Source: Minisyncoccota bacterium (GTDB taxonomy: Bacteria; Patescibacteriota; Minisyncoccia; Phycocordibacterales; PALSA-1337). Taken from it: a stretch of 57,701 nt of DNA. The stretch is from contig DATDYB010000010.1 in NCBI GenBank assembly GCA_036517115.1, forward strand, positions 1-57,701, written 5' to 3'. Position numbers and translations under genes: made by a program. Shown here one piece after another: positions 6,791-15,121 of this stretch (its first letter is position 1; each line of letters begins with the position of its first letter). The notes under the pieces are model-generated. The model had not been told where the DNA came from. It did no database searches and was given only the letters and a program-made list of their open reading frames with translations.

Positions 6791-7357
6791 ATGACACTAC
6801 AATACATTTCAGAGCGGGTTAAAAAGAATACTGAGAACGTGACGGGTCTTCACAACGAAATTTGGGGGGACTTTGCGCATATCAAAGGCAACGTTGCTCA
6901 TATTTACGGCGACGTAAGTATGCACAAACTCAAAGGTGATGTCTCGAACATTAAAGGTGATATTACCGGCGTATTTGGAAATGTAAGCAATATCCTCGGC
7001 GATGTATCACATATCCGAGGAGATCTTACTCTTATAAAAGGAAACGTAACGAACATCACCGGCGATTTGACCGGCATACTTGGCGACGTTTCCAATCTAC
7101 GCGGTTCAGTTACTGATATTCGCGGGGATGTGAGTAATATCCGGGGGGATGTAAGTGATTTGATTGGAAATGTTTCTCTTTTAAAGGGTGAGGTGTCTAA
7201 TATTGAGGGAAATGTGACGGATTTACGCGGTGATACAAGCAATATTTCCGGAAATGTCACTAATATCGAAGGTGATGTGAGTAATCTCAAGGGGAATGTG
7301 ACAGGAATTGAAGGTGACGCAAACGGACTCTCTGGAGCAGTAAAAGAAGTAGTGTAG
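6791..7357 (+). CDS. heptapeptide-repeat protein (G-[DN]-V-[ST]-[ND]-[IL]-x, 23 units)
   Basis: 23 consecutive units, 22 of them exactly 7 aa (GDVSNIK GDITGVF GNVSNIL GDVSHIR ...). No signal peptide. The repeats differ strongly at synonymous sites. Confidence 0.75.
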   Translation: MTLQYISERVKKNTENVTGLHNEIWGDFAHIKGNVAHIYGDVSMHKLKGDVSNIKGDITGVFGNVSNILGDVSHIRGDLTLIKGNVTNITGDLTGILGDVSNLRGSVTDIRGDVSNIRGDVSDLIGNVSLLKGEVSNIEGNVTDLRGDTSNISGNVTNIEGDVSNLKGNVTGIEGDANGLSGAVKEVV

Positions 7358-7408
7358 TGGCTATATGGCCTTGCAAAAAATAATCTTTTGTGCTATGCTA
7401 CTGGCACA

Positions 7409-7678
7409 ATGATTTCAAAGACGAAAAAGCAGAAAATAATCAAAGAAATCGGTATTCACGACAAGGATACTGGTTCTTCTGAAGTTCAGATTGGTATTTT
7501 GAGCAAACGTATTGACGAACTCGCTTCTCATTTGAAAAAACATCAAAAAGATAACCATTCTCGACGAGGACTCCTCGGCATGGTTGCAGCGCGACAGGCT
7601 CATTTGAAATATCTTCAAAAAAAGAATCCTAAGCGATACGGCGCTATTACCAAAAAGCTCGAGCTCAAGAAAAAATAA
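7409..7678 (+). CDS. rpsO: 30S ribosomal protein S15
   Basis: ...TGSSEVQIGILSKRIDELASHLKKHQKDNHSRRGLLGMVAARQAHLKYL... is a typical S15 sequence. The internal ATG7409 is used as start. Confidence 0.93.
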   Translation: MISKTKKQKIIKEIGIHDKDTGSSEVQIGILSKRIDELASHLKKHQKDNHSRRGLLGMVAARQAHLKYLQKKNPKRYGAITKKLELKKK

Positions 7679-7869
7679 CTAGGAAAATTAGCCTCACTTG
7701 CAATGCATGATTTTTGCACTACAAAAATCATGTCGCAAGATTTTTCGTAACGTAGTTATGAAAAAATTGCGACCAGCTCGGAGCTCTTGTTTTTTGATAT
7801 ACTAGTTGGAGAGATCATTGTATTTTATTAAGTAATTCATTTTTATAATTTTCGGACGTTTGCGCTTTC

Positions 7870-7904
7870 ATTCGTAGCCATTCGCATATTCGCACGCATT
7901 CGCA
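7870..7904. promoter_or_regulatory. four direct ATTCG(C/T)A repeats upstream of the NYN gene
   Basis: ATTCGTA at 7870, ATTCGCA at 7880, 7888 and 7898, spaced 8-10 nt apart and ending 14 nt before ATG7918. Confidence 0.4.
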
Positions 7905-7917
7905 GATTAGTATTTAT

Positions 7918-8514
7918 ATGTCAGTCATTAAACACAAGGAACAAAGAGTTGGTATTTTTATCGATGCGCAAAATTTGTATCATAGCGCCAAAAATTTATA
8001 TGGCGCACGGGTTAATTTCGGCCAAATCGTTAAAGACGCAGTAGCGGGCAGAGCGCTTATCCGCGCCGTTGCCTACGTCATCACCACCGAATCAGGCGAC
8101 GAAAAAGCCTTTTTCGAAGCACTCGGAAAAATGGGTATTGAGACTAAGACAAAAGATTTACAAATCTTCTCAAGCGGCAGTAAAAAAGCCGACTGGGACG
8201 TCGGTCTCGCCGTAGACGCCATCAAGATGGCTCCGAAGCTCGATACGGTCATCATCGTATCAGGGGACGGCGATTTCATTCCCCTCGTCGAATATCTAAA
8301 AATAAATGAGGGATGTCAGGTAGAGGCTATCGCCTTTGGAAAATCAGCATCAGGCAAGCTCAAAGAAGCGGCCGATGACTTCATCGACCTCGACCACAAC
8401 CCACGTAAATATCTTCTAGGCCATTTTGGTGGAGGGAGAAAACCTCGACACCACGCTTCGGAGCGAAGACAGGCGACTCAAGAAAAAGTTGCTGAGGTTA
8501 CGGAGGTGGAATAG
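7918..8514 (+). CDS. NYN (LabA/DUF88) domain protein
   Basis: RVGIFIDAQNLYHSA...DWDVGLAVDAI...VIIVSGDGDFIPLV are NYN/PIN-like motifs. Confidence 0.85.
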   Translation: MSVIKHKEQRVGIFIDAQNLYHSAKNLYGARVNFGQIVKDAVAGRALIRAVAYVITTESGDEKAFFEALGKMGIETKTKDLQIFSSGSKKADWDVGLAVDAIKMAPKLDTVIIVSGDGDFIPLVEYLKINEGCQVEAIAFGKSASGKLKEAADDFIDLDHNPRKYLLGHFGGGRKPRHHASERRQATQEKVAEVTEVE

Positions 8515-8560
8515 AGAATGTAAAAACTGTCCTACATCCGCAACGCGGATCGGACGAACA

Positions 8561-8590
8561 AAACCACTGGCTCTCGCCAGTGGTTTTGTT
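8561..8590 (+). terminator. rho-independent terminator
   Basis: AAACCACTGGC-TCTC-GCCAGTGGTTT followed by TGTTG. Confidence 0.7.
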
Positions 8591-8610
8591 GTAGTCAGCG
8601 TTTTTTTACA

Positions 8611-8636
8611 AGAAAAAACCACCTGTAAACAGGTGG
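8611..8636 (-). terminator. rho-independent terminator of the convergent gene
   Basis: On the minus strand, CCACCTG-TTTA-CAGGTGG followed by TTTTTTC. Confidence 0.7.
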
Positions 8637-8661
8637 CTGGAATTGGAAAGAGAACTTAGAA

Positions 8662-9063
8662 CTAAGGTTGCTCTCTCCATGCGTGATACGGGATAAAACC
8701 TGGATTACGCTCCATGAGCTTCACCAAGTCGATGCAATCCAGTGCGCGAGGATGATCGTCGACCCTCCCATGCACACATGGCGGTGGCGGTGCGGTAGTC
8801 ATGTGATGGACCCGTTCTTCAAGCAATATCTCTGTTTGCAGCTTCCGGTAAAGCTCTAGAGATTTGCTTGCTCTCCGCTCACGTTCCAACTCTTCGGGAG
8901 AGAGCGGGATGGGTTTGGTGGAATGGGCTCGGAGCGTATTCAGTACGGGGGGCACATACGGGAGGGTCACCCCCGCTTTAACCCTCCGCACGAACGTCGC
9001 GGCTTGTTGTGGGTTATCCCAACAATATGGCGGGAGAACGATGTCGTCGAGTATGAGTGGCAT
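8662..9063 (-). CDS. hypothetical protein (133 aa)
   Basis: Intact ORF with its own terminator. No family recognised. Confidence 0.55.
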   Translation of the reverse strand: MPLILDDIVLPPYCWDNPQQAATFVRRVKAGVTLPYVPPVLNTLRAHSTKPIPLSPEELERERRASKSLELYRKLQTEILLEERVHHMTTAPPPPCVHGRVDDHPRALDCIDLVKLMERNPGFIPYHAWREQP

Positions 9064-9126
9064 AGTATTTCTGTATTTCTACCCTTATTTATACCATATC
9101 TTGTTGTAAAAGTAAACAAGAGGCAA

Positions 9127-9425
9127 GAAAAATAGAGCAGAGGCGAGGCCCTACTCTATACGACCCACATGCGGAGCCAGACCCCCGAGACAGGGAATTC
9201 AGCCTGCGTATTTCTACAGCGACATAGCAGCACCGCTTTATCCAATACGCATTCGAAACGATCTTCCTCGCAAAATCGCAAGCACCTTAGTCTATTTGAC
9301 GGCTACAGCTTCGTACACTACCGTGTACCACACTGCCTTTGCTCCGAGAGAATGTATGGTTGCGGTACCAATCTCAGTATTCCTACCTGCACAATCAGGC
9401 CTCTTTCGAGCTTCATGTGGAGTCT
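9127..9425 (-). ncRNA. candidate ~300-nt structured RNA, possibly a reduced RNase P RNA
   Basis: Minus-strand promoter TTGACT (9460-9455), 17 nt, TACTAT (9437-9432). A 5'/3' closing helix GACUCCACAUG (9424-9414) / CAUGUGGGUC (9171-9162). Intrinsic terminator (9-bp stem 9159-9133, then U-run). Collinear motifs GAAAGAGGCCUG, CGGAGCAAAGGC, CAAAUAG and GUAGAAAUACGCAGGCUGAA recall RNase P CR-I/IV. No credible ORF. Confidence 0.4.
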
Positions 9426-9499
9426 AAATGGATAGTACCCTGTACCGCACAACAAGTCAACAATGCCAAGTCGAACTAGTTTTGTTACACTTCTAGCAA

Positions 9500-11368
9500 A
9501 TGCTAAAAAAAGAATACTCAATTGAGATCGGCGGGAAAATGTTGACAGCGGAATTTAATAACTTAGCGGAACGCGCACACGGATCGGTACTTGTGAAATA
9601 TGGCAACACCACGATCCTCGCTACTGCCGTGATGTCGACAAAGTCCAAGGAAAGTGGAGATTTTTTCCCGCTCACCGTTGACTTCGAGGAAAAATTTTAT
9701 GCAACAGGAAGAATCCTAGGTTCCCGCTTCGTACGAAGGGAGGGGAAGCCGTCCGACGAAGCGGTGCTTTCCGGCCGTATCGTCGACCGAACCATTCGCC
9801 CGCTCTTTGACCAGTGGATCCGACACGAGACGCAAGTCATCATCACCGTGCTCTCAATTGATGAAGAGGATCCTGATGTGCTGGGGGTTATCGGCGCTTC
9901 GCTCGCTCTCGGCGTGTCCAACATTCCCTGGAATGGACCGGTTGGAGCAATCCGTATTGGAAAAATAAAAGGGCAGAATGATTTTATCTTAAATCCCACC
10001 TACGCGTGGCGAGATACTCCCGATCTGGAATTTGAACTCGTAGCCTGCGGTCAACACGGGACTATCAACATGGTTGAACTCGGAGGCAACGAGACGGTTG
10101 AATCGACGGTCAGCAAAGCTCTTGTGCTCGCAGCAGAGGAAATTTCAAAGCTTCAAAAATTCCAGGAGACTATTATTAAGGAGATCGGCGTTCCTAAACG
10201 CTCTATACCACAACAAGTCATATCAAAAGAAGCAACAACACTTTTTGAAAAAGAAATCGCACCAAAAATGGATGAATACGTTTTCACCGGTATTCCAGGC
10301 GACTCAAAGATTTACGAGCTTAAAGATTTGTGGCTTGCGGTGTTCGAAAAAGCTTTGCCGGAAGAACACCGAGCGCTCGCGGAAAACTTTTTTGAAGAAA
10401 AAGTAAACGCTCTTATTCACCACGAAGCGGTTCTCTCGGGCAGACGTCCCGATGGCCGCGGCACCGACGACATCCGTCCGCTCTATGCGCAGGCCGGCGG
10501 CGTTTCCTCAATCCTTCACGGTTCAGGTATTTTCTTCCGTGGACAAACTCACATCCTCTCCGTCCTTACACTTGGTGGACCGCAGGATGTACAGCTTATC
10601 GAAGGAGTGGGGGAGGAAGAAAAGAAACGTTTCATGCACCATTACAACTTTCCTCCCTTTTCAACCGGAGAAACAGGGAGAACAGGGGCGAATCGTCGCA
10701 TGATCGGCCACGGCGCACTGGCAGAAAAAGCGCTTGCCCCTATGATCCCTTCACAGGAAACTTTCCCATACACTATCCGACTTGTTTCGGAGGCGCTGTC
10801 CTCCAACGGATCGACTTCTATGGCCTCCATTTGTGGCGGCACTTTGGCACTTATGGACGGTGGTGTACCGATCAAAAAACCTGTGGCAGGAATTTCTTCC
10901 GGTGTAATGATCGTTGACGAAAAAAATTACAAGGTACTTACCGACATTCAAGGACCAGAAGATCATTTTGGTGATATGGACTTCAAAGTAGCTGGAACAC
11001 GTGACGGTATCACCGCCATCCAAATGGATGTAAAAGTGAAGGGTATCCCTGTTTCGATTCTTACAGAAGCATTTGGGAAAGCGAAGATTGCTCGTCTCGC
11101 CATTCTTGATGTTATCGAATCAGCGATTAAAGAACCACGGAAAAGTCTCTCTTCTCATGCACCAAAAATCATCAGCATGACCGTCAAACAGGATCATATC
11201 GGACTCGTTATCGGACCAGGAGGGAAAACGATTAAAACCATCATTGAAAAAACAGCCGTTCTAGGCATCGACATTAACGACAATGGCATCATCCTCATCA
11301 CCGGCAAGAACGGTAGTGCAGAGAAGGCAGAAGCCATTATCAAGACTATGGTAGGGAACAGAGACTGA
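9500..11368 (+). CDS. pnp: polyribonucleotide nucleotidyltransferase (PNPase), ends after the KH domain
   Basis: Two RNase PH-like domains (GRILGSRF.., RRPDGR, HHYNFPPFSTGE, GHGALAE, NGSTSMA) and a KH domain (IGLVIGPGGKTIKTI). No S1 domain precedes the stop. Confidence 0.93.
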   Translation: MLKKEYSIEIGGKMLTAEFNNLAERAHGSVLVKYGNTTILATAVMSTKSKESGDFFPLTVDFEEKFYATGRILGSRFVRREGKPSDEAVLSGRIVDRTIRPLFDQWIRHETQVIITVLSIDEEDPDVLGVIGASLALGVSNIPWNGPVGAIRIGKIKGQNDFILNPTYAWRDTPDLEFELVACGQHGTINMVELGGNETVESTVSKALVLAAEEISKLQKFQETIIKEIGVPKRSIPQQVISKEATTLFEKEIAPKMDEYVFTGIPGDSKIYELKDLWLAVFEKALPEEHRALAENFFEEKVNALIHHEAVLSGRRPDGRGTDDIRPLYAQAGGVSSILHGSGIFFRGQTHILSVLTLGGPQDVQLIEGVGEEEKKRFMHHYNFPPFSTGETGRTGANRRMIGHGALAEKALAPMIPSQETFPYTIRLVSEALSSNGSTSMASICGGTLALMDGGVPIKKPVAGISSGVMIVDEKNYKVLTDIQGPEDHFGDMDFKVAGTRDGITAIQMDVKVKGIPVSILTEAFGKAKIARLAILDVIESAIKEPRKSLSSHAPKIISMTVKQDHIGLVIGPGGKTIKTIIEKTAVLGIDINDNGIILITGKNGSAEKAEAIIKTMVGNRD

Positions 11369-11410
11369 CAAAAATTGAATAGTTTTCTGGTACAATAGTA
11401 TTAATTGAAA

Positions 11411-11481
11411 ATGACAATTCCGATTGTCATCCCCGCGGATGCGGGGATCCAGAACTGGATTCCCGTTTTCACGGGAATGAC
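11411..11481 (+). repeat. multi-hairpin palindromic (REP-like) element, intergenic copy
   Basis: ATGACAAT-tccg-ATTGTCAT, CCCCGC-ggat-GCGGGG, ATCCAG-aa-CTGGAT, TCCCGT-tttc-ACGGGA, then ATGAC. Homologous to the element inside mutM (56416-56490). Confidence 0.8.
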
Positions 11482-11516
11482 AGCAAACTACCATCTTACA
11501 TTTTTAGTTTTTAAGT

Positions 11517-12830
11517 ATGCCCCCTGAAAAAGAAAATCACCCTCTCATACCCCCCAATCTACCCACAGGTATTCCACCGCTTACCTTTAAAACTCCTGTT
11601 TTCCCCGTTACTCCTCCCGTGCCAATCGCAGGAAAAACACAAACCGCGCCTGTTTTCGTGACGGGTGCGCCAAAAGTTTCTACTGCCATTCCGCAGCACC
11701 AAGAAGTGCCGCCCCCCGCACCGAAGAAAATTATCAATATTCTCGAAAAACCGGAATACGCTCAACAACCGATTACCCCCGTAATCCCAGCACCAACACC
11801 AAAAACAGTCGCCGCTTCCATTCCCGCACCTGTTATTAAAAATCCTGAACCGACCCCGCGTCCTGTTGTGGAATCACTGGTACAGCCACCGACAAAAGTA
11901 CCTGCAGCAGAACCTACACCAGAACCAATAGCACCAAATCCCTTTGTATATTTGCGACCACTCCGAACTTTTGAAGGAGATGTTGCTGACGCTGTAAAGA
12001 ATAAAAATGCGTCGGTAGTGAAAATTGCGGTAGCTGAAAGCGTGAAAAAACAGAAATCCCAAGAAACACTGGAGCCGCCAACTCCTGTGTTCAAAAACCT
12101 TGCTATTTTCCTAATGAGTTTGCTTATGGTGGGGGGTGGAGGATATCTCGTCTACACCTTCTACTACGTACCCAAGACAGTAGCTCCGGCAACAAGAGAA
12201 TTTGCTGTAGAAAGTCTGGTCGTTCCTGATACACAAAAAGAATTTCCGGTAAGTGCCGCCAATGCCGGCACCATAGGACAAGCTATTCTAGATACAAAGA
12301 CTGGAATGAACAAAACGTTACACGCAGTGACAGAACTGTATTTCACACAAACACAAAATAGTGTGAAGTCACTCATCGAAAGCTCTATTTTCGTAAATCT
12401 CTTGAGCCCGAATATCCCCTCTCCTTTTGTACGCAGCCTAAGTCCGCGTTTCATGTTTGGTTTTCATGAATTTAACGGCACACATCCATTTCTTATTCTC
12501 AAAACCACCTTTTATCAAAGCGCCTTTGCCGGCATGCTCAAATGGGAGGAGACTGTAGCAGACGATCTTAACACACTCTTCATCAGGCCTTCGCTTATTG
12601 CCAATACGGAAGCTGGCAAGCCTTCTACCACCGCCGATTTCTTGCGACGATCGAAACCTTTTGTTGATGTGGTGATTAAGAATAAAGACGTTCGCATGCT
12701 GACTGACGAGTATGAACATCCGATACTGCTCTACACCTTTGCCGATAAAGATACCATTATCCTCACCACTAATGAGTTTACGCTTAAGGAGATCCTTGAT
12801 CGAATGACCAATAGGAGGTTTGTACGGTAG
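11517..12830 (+). CDS. Pro-rich membrane-anchored hypothetical protein
   Basis: Pro/Thr/Val-rich N-terminal ~190 aa, one TM (IFLMSLLMVGGGGYLVYTFYYV), then a globular C-terminal domain. Confidence 0.7.
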   Translation: MPPEKENHPLIPPNLPTGIPPLTFKTPVFPVTPPVPIAGKTQTAPVFVTGAPKVSTAIPQHQEVPPPAPKKIINILEKPEYAQQPITPVIPAPTPKTVAASIPAPVIKNPEPTPRPVVESLVQPPTKVPAAEPTPEPIAPNPFVYLRPLRTFEGDVADAVKNKNASVVKIAVAESVKKQKSQETLEPPTPVFKNLAIFLMSLLMVGGGGYLVYTFYYVPKTVAPATREFAVESLVVPDTQKEFPVSAANAGTIGQAILDTKTGMNKTLHAVTELYFTQTQNSVKSLIESSIFVNLLSPNIPSPFVRSLSPRFMFGFHEFNGTHPFLILKTTFYQSAFAGMLKWEETVADDLNTLFIRPSLIANTEAGKPSTTADFLRRSKPFVDVVIKNKDVRMLTDEYEHPILLYTFADKDTIILTTNEFTLKEILDRMTNRRFVR

Positions 12831-12840
12831 AATTTGCTCA

Positions 12841-13019
12841 CCATCGAAAATTTTCAACCCCGAGACGCTTACCTTCACCACTCATACTCACTTTTCTTTA
12901 CGGAAAATGGACAACTCCCTCTGGTCGGTCCTTCGTCAAACCTCAGGACTGAATCCATTTTCCTAAAAAGTTCGGTGAGTGGCAGAAGGTGAGCTATTTA
13001 GGTTGAAAATTTTCGATGG
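12841..13019 (+). repeat. nested-hairpin element copy A (~179 nt)
   Basis: Outer arms CCATCGAAAATTTTCAACC / GGTTGAAAATTTTCGATGG. Conserved CCCGAGACGC, ACTCACTTTTCTTTACGGAAAATGGA...TCCATTTTCCTAAAAAG and CTATTTAGG. Confidence 0.85.
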
Positions 13020-13084
13020 ATTCGCCTGACGAAAAATTAGTTCTTAATTTTGCCTTTTAATCTTCGAATTGTTATCATTGTCTC

Positions 13085-13444
13085 ATGTCAATCGATACCA
13101 CAAAATACAAAACATTACTGGAAGCGGAATTAAAAACAGTAGAAGGAGAGCTCAAGACGGTAGGAAGAAGGAACCCTGCCAATCCCAACGATTGGCAGGC
13201 GACGCCGAACAAGGGAGATATTGACGAAGCGGACGATAATATCACCGCAGATAAGATTGAAAATTTTGAGGGAAACAGCGCCATTTTAAAACAACTAGAG
13301 ACAAGGTACAACGAAGTAAAAGCCGCCCTTGAGCGAATCGTCAGCGGAACCTACGGACCCTGTGAAGTTTGTAAAAGACCTATCGAAGAAAAACGCCTTG
13401 AAGCCAACCCAGCAGCAACGACATGCATAATGGATATGAAATAG
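13085..13444 (+). CDS. DksA/TraR-type zinc-finger protein (degenerate finger)
   Basis: Coiled-coil N-terminus and C-terminal GPCEVCKRPIEEKRLEANPAATTC. The fourth Cys of the C4 finger is absent. Confidence 0.65.
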   Translation: MSIDTTKYKTLLEAELKTVEGELKTVGRRNPANPNDWQATPNKGDIDEADDNITADKIENFEGNSAILKQLETRYNEVKAALERIVSGTYGPCEVCKRPIEEKRLEANPAATTCIMDMK

Positions 13445-13455
13445 TCGCTAACAAG

Positions 13456-13481
13456 ACACCACGCAGGTGTTTTTGTTTTTT
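13456..13481 (+). terminator. weak rho-independent terminator
   Basis: ACACC-ACGCA-GGTGT followed by TTTTTGTTTTTT. Confidence 0.5.
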
Positions 13482-13505
13482 GCTCTGCTGTAATAAGATA
13501 TAGCA

Positions 13506-15068
13506 ATGTCATTCGCCAAAGTCTCAAGTGCACAAACATCGCTTCTCAAAGCACACATCGTAGGTGTTGAAGTTGACCTCTCTAATGGTCTGCATGCTTT
13601 TTCTGTTGTCGGCCTTCCGGACAAAGCAGTTGCAGAATCAAAAGATCGCGTGTCGGCGGCGATCAAAAATACCGGCTTTAAATCGCCGAAAAAAAAGAAT
13701 CAGAAAGTGGTGGTAGCCCTCGCTCCCGCCGATATCAAGAAAGAAGGGCCTAGTTTCGACCTCGCCATTGCTCTCGCCTATCTTCTCGCCGCGAAGGAGA
13801 TATTTTTTAATCCGAAAGGTAAACTTTTCTTAGGAGAACTCTCCCTCGACGGAGAACTGCGCCCTGTGCCCGGAGTCTTGCCGCTTGTCGAGGAAGCGCG
13901 CAAGAGGGGATTTGCAGAAGTGTACGTGCCTACCGAAAATGTCCGCGAAGCGGCGCTCATAGGGAACATCGACGTCTTTGCAGTAAATACACTCAAGGAA
14001 ATCCTCGGCCACCTCAACACCAAAACGATCGACGAGAATAAACATATTCAAAAGGTTATCCTTGAGCCAGTACCTGCAACAGACATCGTCCCAAGTGTGT
14101 ATAGCAGTTCTGTAGACTTCGGTGATATCAAGGGGCAAAACGATGCAAAGCGTGGACTTCTCATTGCTGCCGCGGGCGGACACAACGTCGCACTATATGG
14201 CCCACCTGGCACCGGCAAAACCATGCTCGCCAAAGCGTTCGCGAGTATCTTGCCTCCGCTTTCATTTGACGAAATACTTGAGGTCACCTCCATCCATTCG
14301 GTGGCAGGGCTTCTTAAAGAAGATTTAGTAACCGAGCCTCCTATCCGTAGTCCGCATCACACTTCATCGTATGTGTCGCTCGTGGGCGGTGGCAGTATCC
14401 CAAAACCGGGGGAGATCACTCTGGCGCACCGGGGTGTGCTTTTTCTCGACGAGTTTCCAGAGTTTGATAAGCGGGTGATCGAAACCCTCCGCCAACCGCT
14501 TGAGGATAGGGTGGTGTCCGTCACCCGCGCCCGCGGGTCAGCGAAATTTCCCGCCCATTTCATACTTATTGCTGCTATGAACCCATGCCCGTGTGGCAAT
14601 CACGGTAGCAAAGGAAAAGAATGCATCTGTAGTCCGATCAATATTCAACGTTATGAGCGAAAACTCTCAGGACCCATTGTTGACCGTATTGATATGTGGA
14701 TCGAAGTGCCACCTATTTCCCACGCTCTCTTAAGCGACACAGAGAACGACAAACCTGAAAGCGACGAGATCCGAAAACAGGTAATGAACATTCGCCACAC
14801 CCAAGGTCTACGCTTTAAGAAACACGGCATCGACATTAAAACCAACAGCGAGATACGAGGCAAAGATGTTTTAAACCTCGCCAACCTTACTCCAAAAGCA
14901 AAGGAGGTGTTAAACTTCTCCGCACAAAAGCACGATCTCTCAGCCCGCGCGTATCACAGAGTCGTCCGTCTTGCCCGCACCATTGCAGATATTGAAAAAA
15001 GCGAACCTGTAACAGACGGCCATATTCTCGAAGCTCTGCAGTATCGCCCAAAGAAAAAGGACTTGTAG
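13506..15068 (+). CDS. comM: YifB/ComM family Mg-chelatase-like AAA+ ATPase
   Basis: Lon-protease-like N-domain (VGLPDKAVAESKDRV), Walker A GPPGTGKTMLA, and GVLFLDEFPEF. Confidence 0.92.
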   Translation: MSFAKVSSAQTSLLKAHIVGVEVDLSNGLHAFSVVGLPDKAVAESKDRVSAAIKNTGFKSPKKKNQKVVVALAPADIKKEGPSFDLAIALAYLLAAKEIFFNPKGKLFLGELSLDGELRPVPGVLPLVEEARKRGFAEVYVPTENVREAALIGNIDVFAVNTLKEILGHLNTKTIDENKHIQKVILEPVPATDIVPSVYSSSVDFGDIKGQNDAKRGLLIAAAGGHNVALYGPPGTGKTMLAKAFASILPPLSFDEILEVTSIHSVAGLLKEDLVTEPPIRSPHHTSSYVSLVGGGSIPKPGEITLAHRGVLFLDEFPEFDKRVIETLRQPLEDRVVSVTRARGSAKFPAHFILIAAMNPCPCGNHGSKGKECICSPINIQRYERKLSGPIVDRIDMWIEVPPISHALLSDTENDKPESDEIRKQVMNIRHTQGLRFKKHGIDIKTNSEIRGKDVLNLANLTPKAKEVLNFSAQKHDLSARAYHRVVRLARTIADIEKSEPVTDGHILEALQYRPKKKDL

Positions 15069-15074
15069 TTACAA

Positions 15075-15098
15075 AAAATCGCATTCATTGCGATTTTT
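15075..15098. terminator. bidirectional terminator hairpin between convergent genes
   Basis: AAAATCGCA-TTCAT-TGCGATTTT, flanked by A-run and T-run. Confidence 0.7.
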
Positions 15099-15121
15099 AT
15101 ACTTTATACCTACTACTCTAT

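Noticed and set aside
6904-7290. 128-aa antisense ORF inside the heptapeptide-repeat gene
   Set aside because: It is a shadow ORF created by the 21-nt periodicity. Its low-complexity S/P/T-rich translation mirrors the sense repeat.
9169-9521. ORFs 9169..9435 (+) and 9318..9521 (-) in the pnp upstream gap. Also considered: tmRNA or SRP RNA identity for this RNA and for 43137-43325
   Set aside because: The translations are not protein-like. No tRNA-like acceptor/T-arm and no resume-codon or ..LAA tag (tmRNA) were found. No GGAA/AGCAGCC domain IV motif (SRP) was found either.
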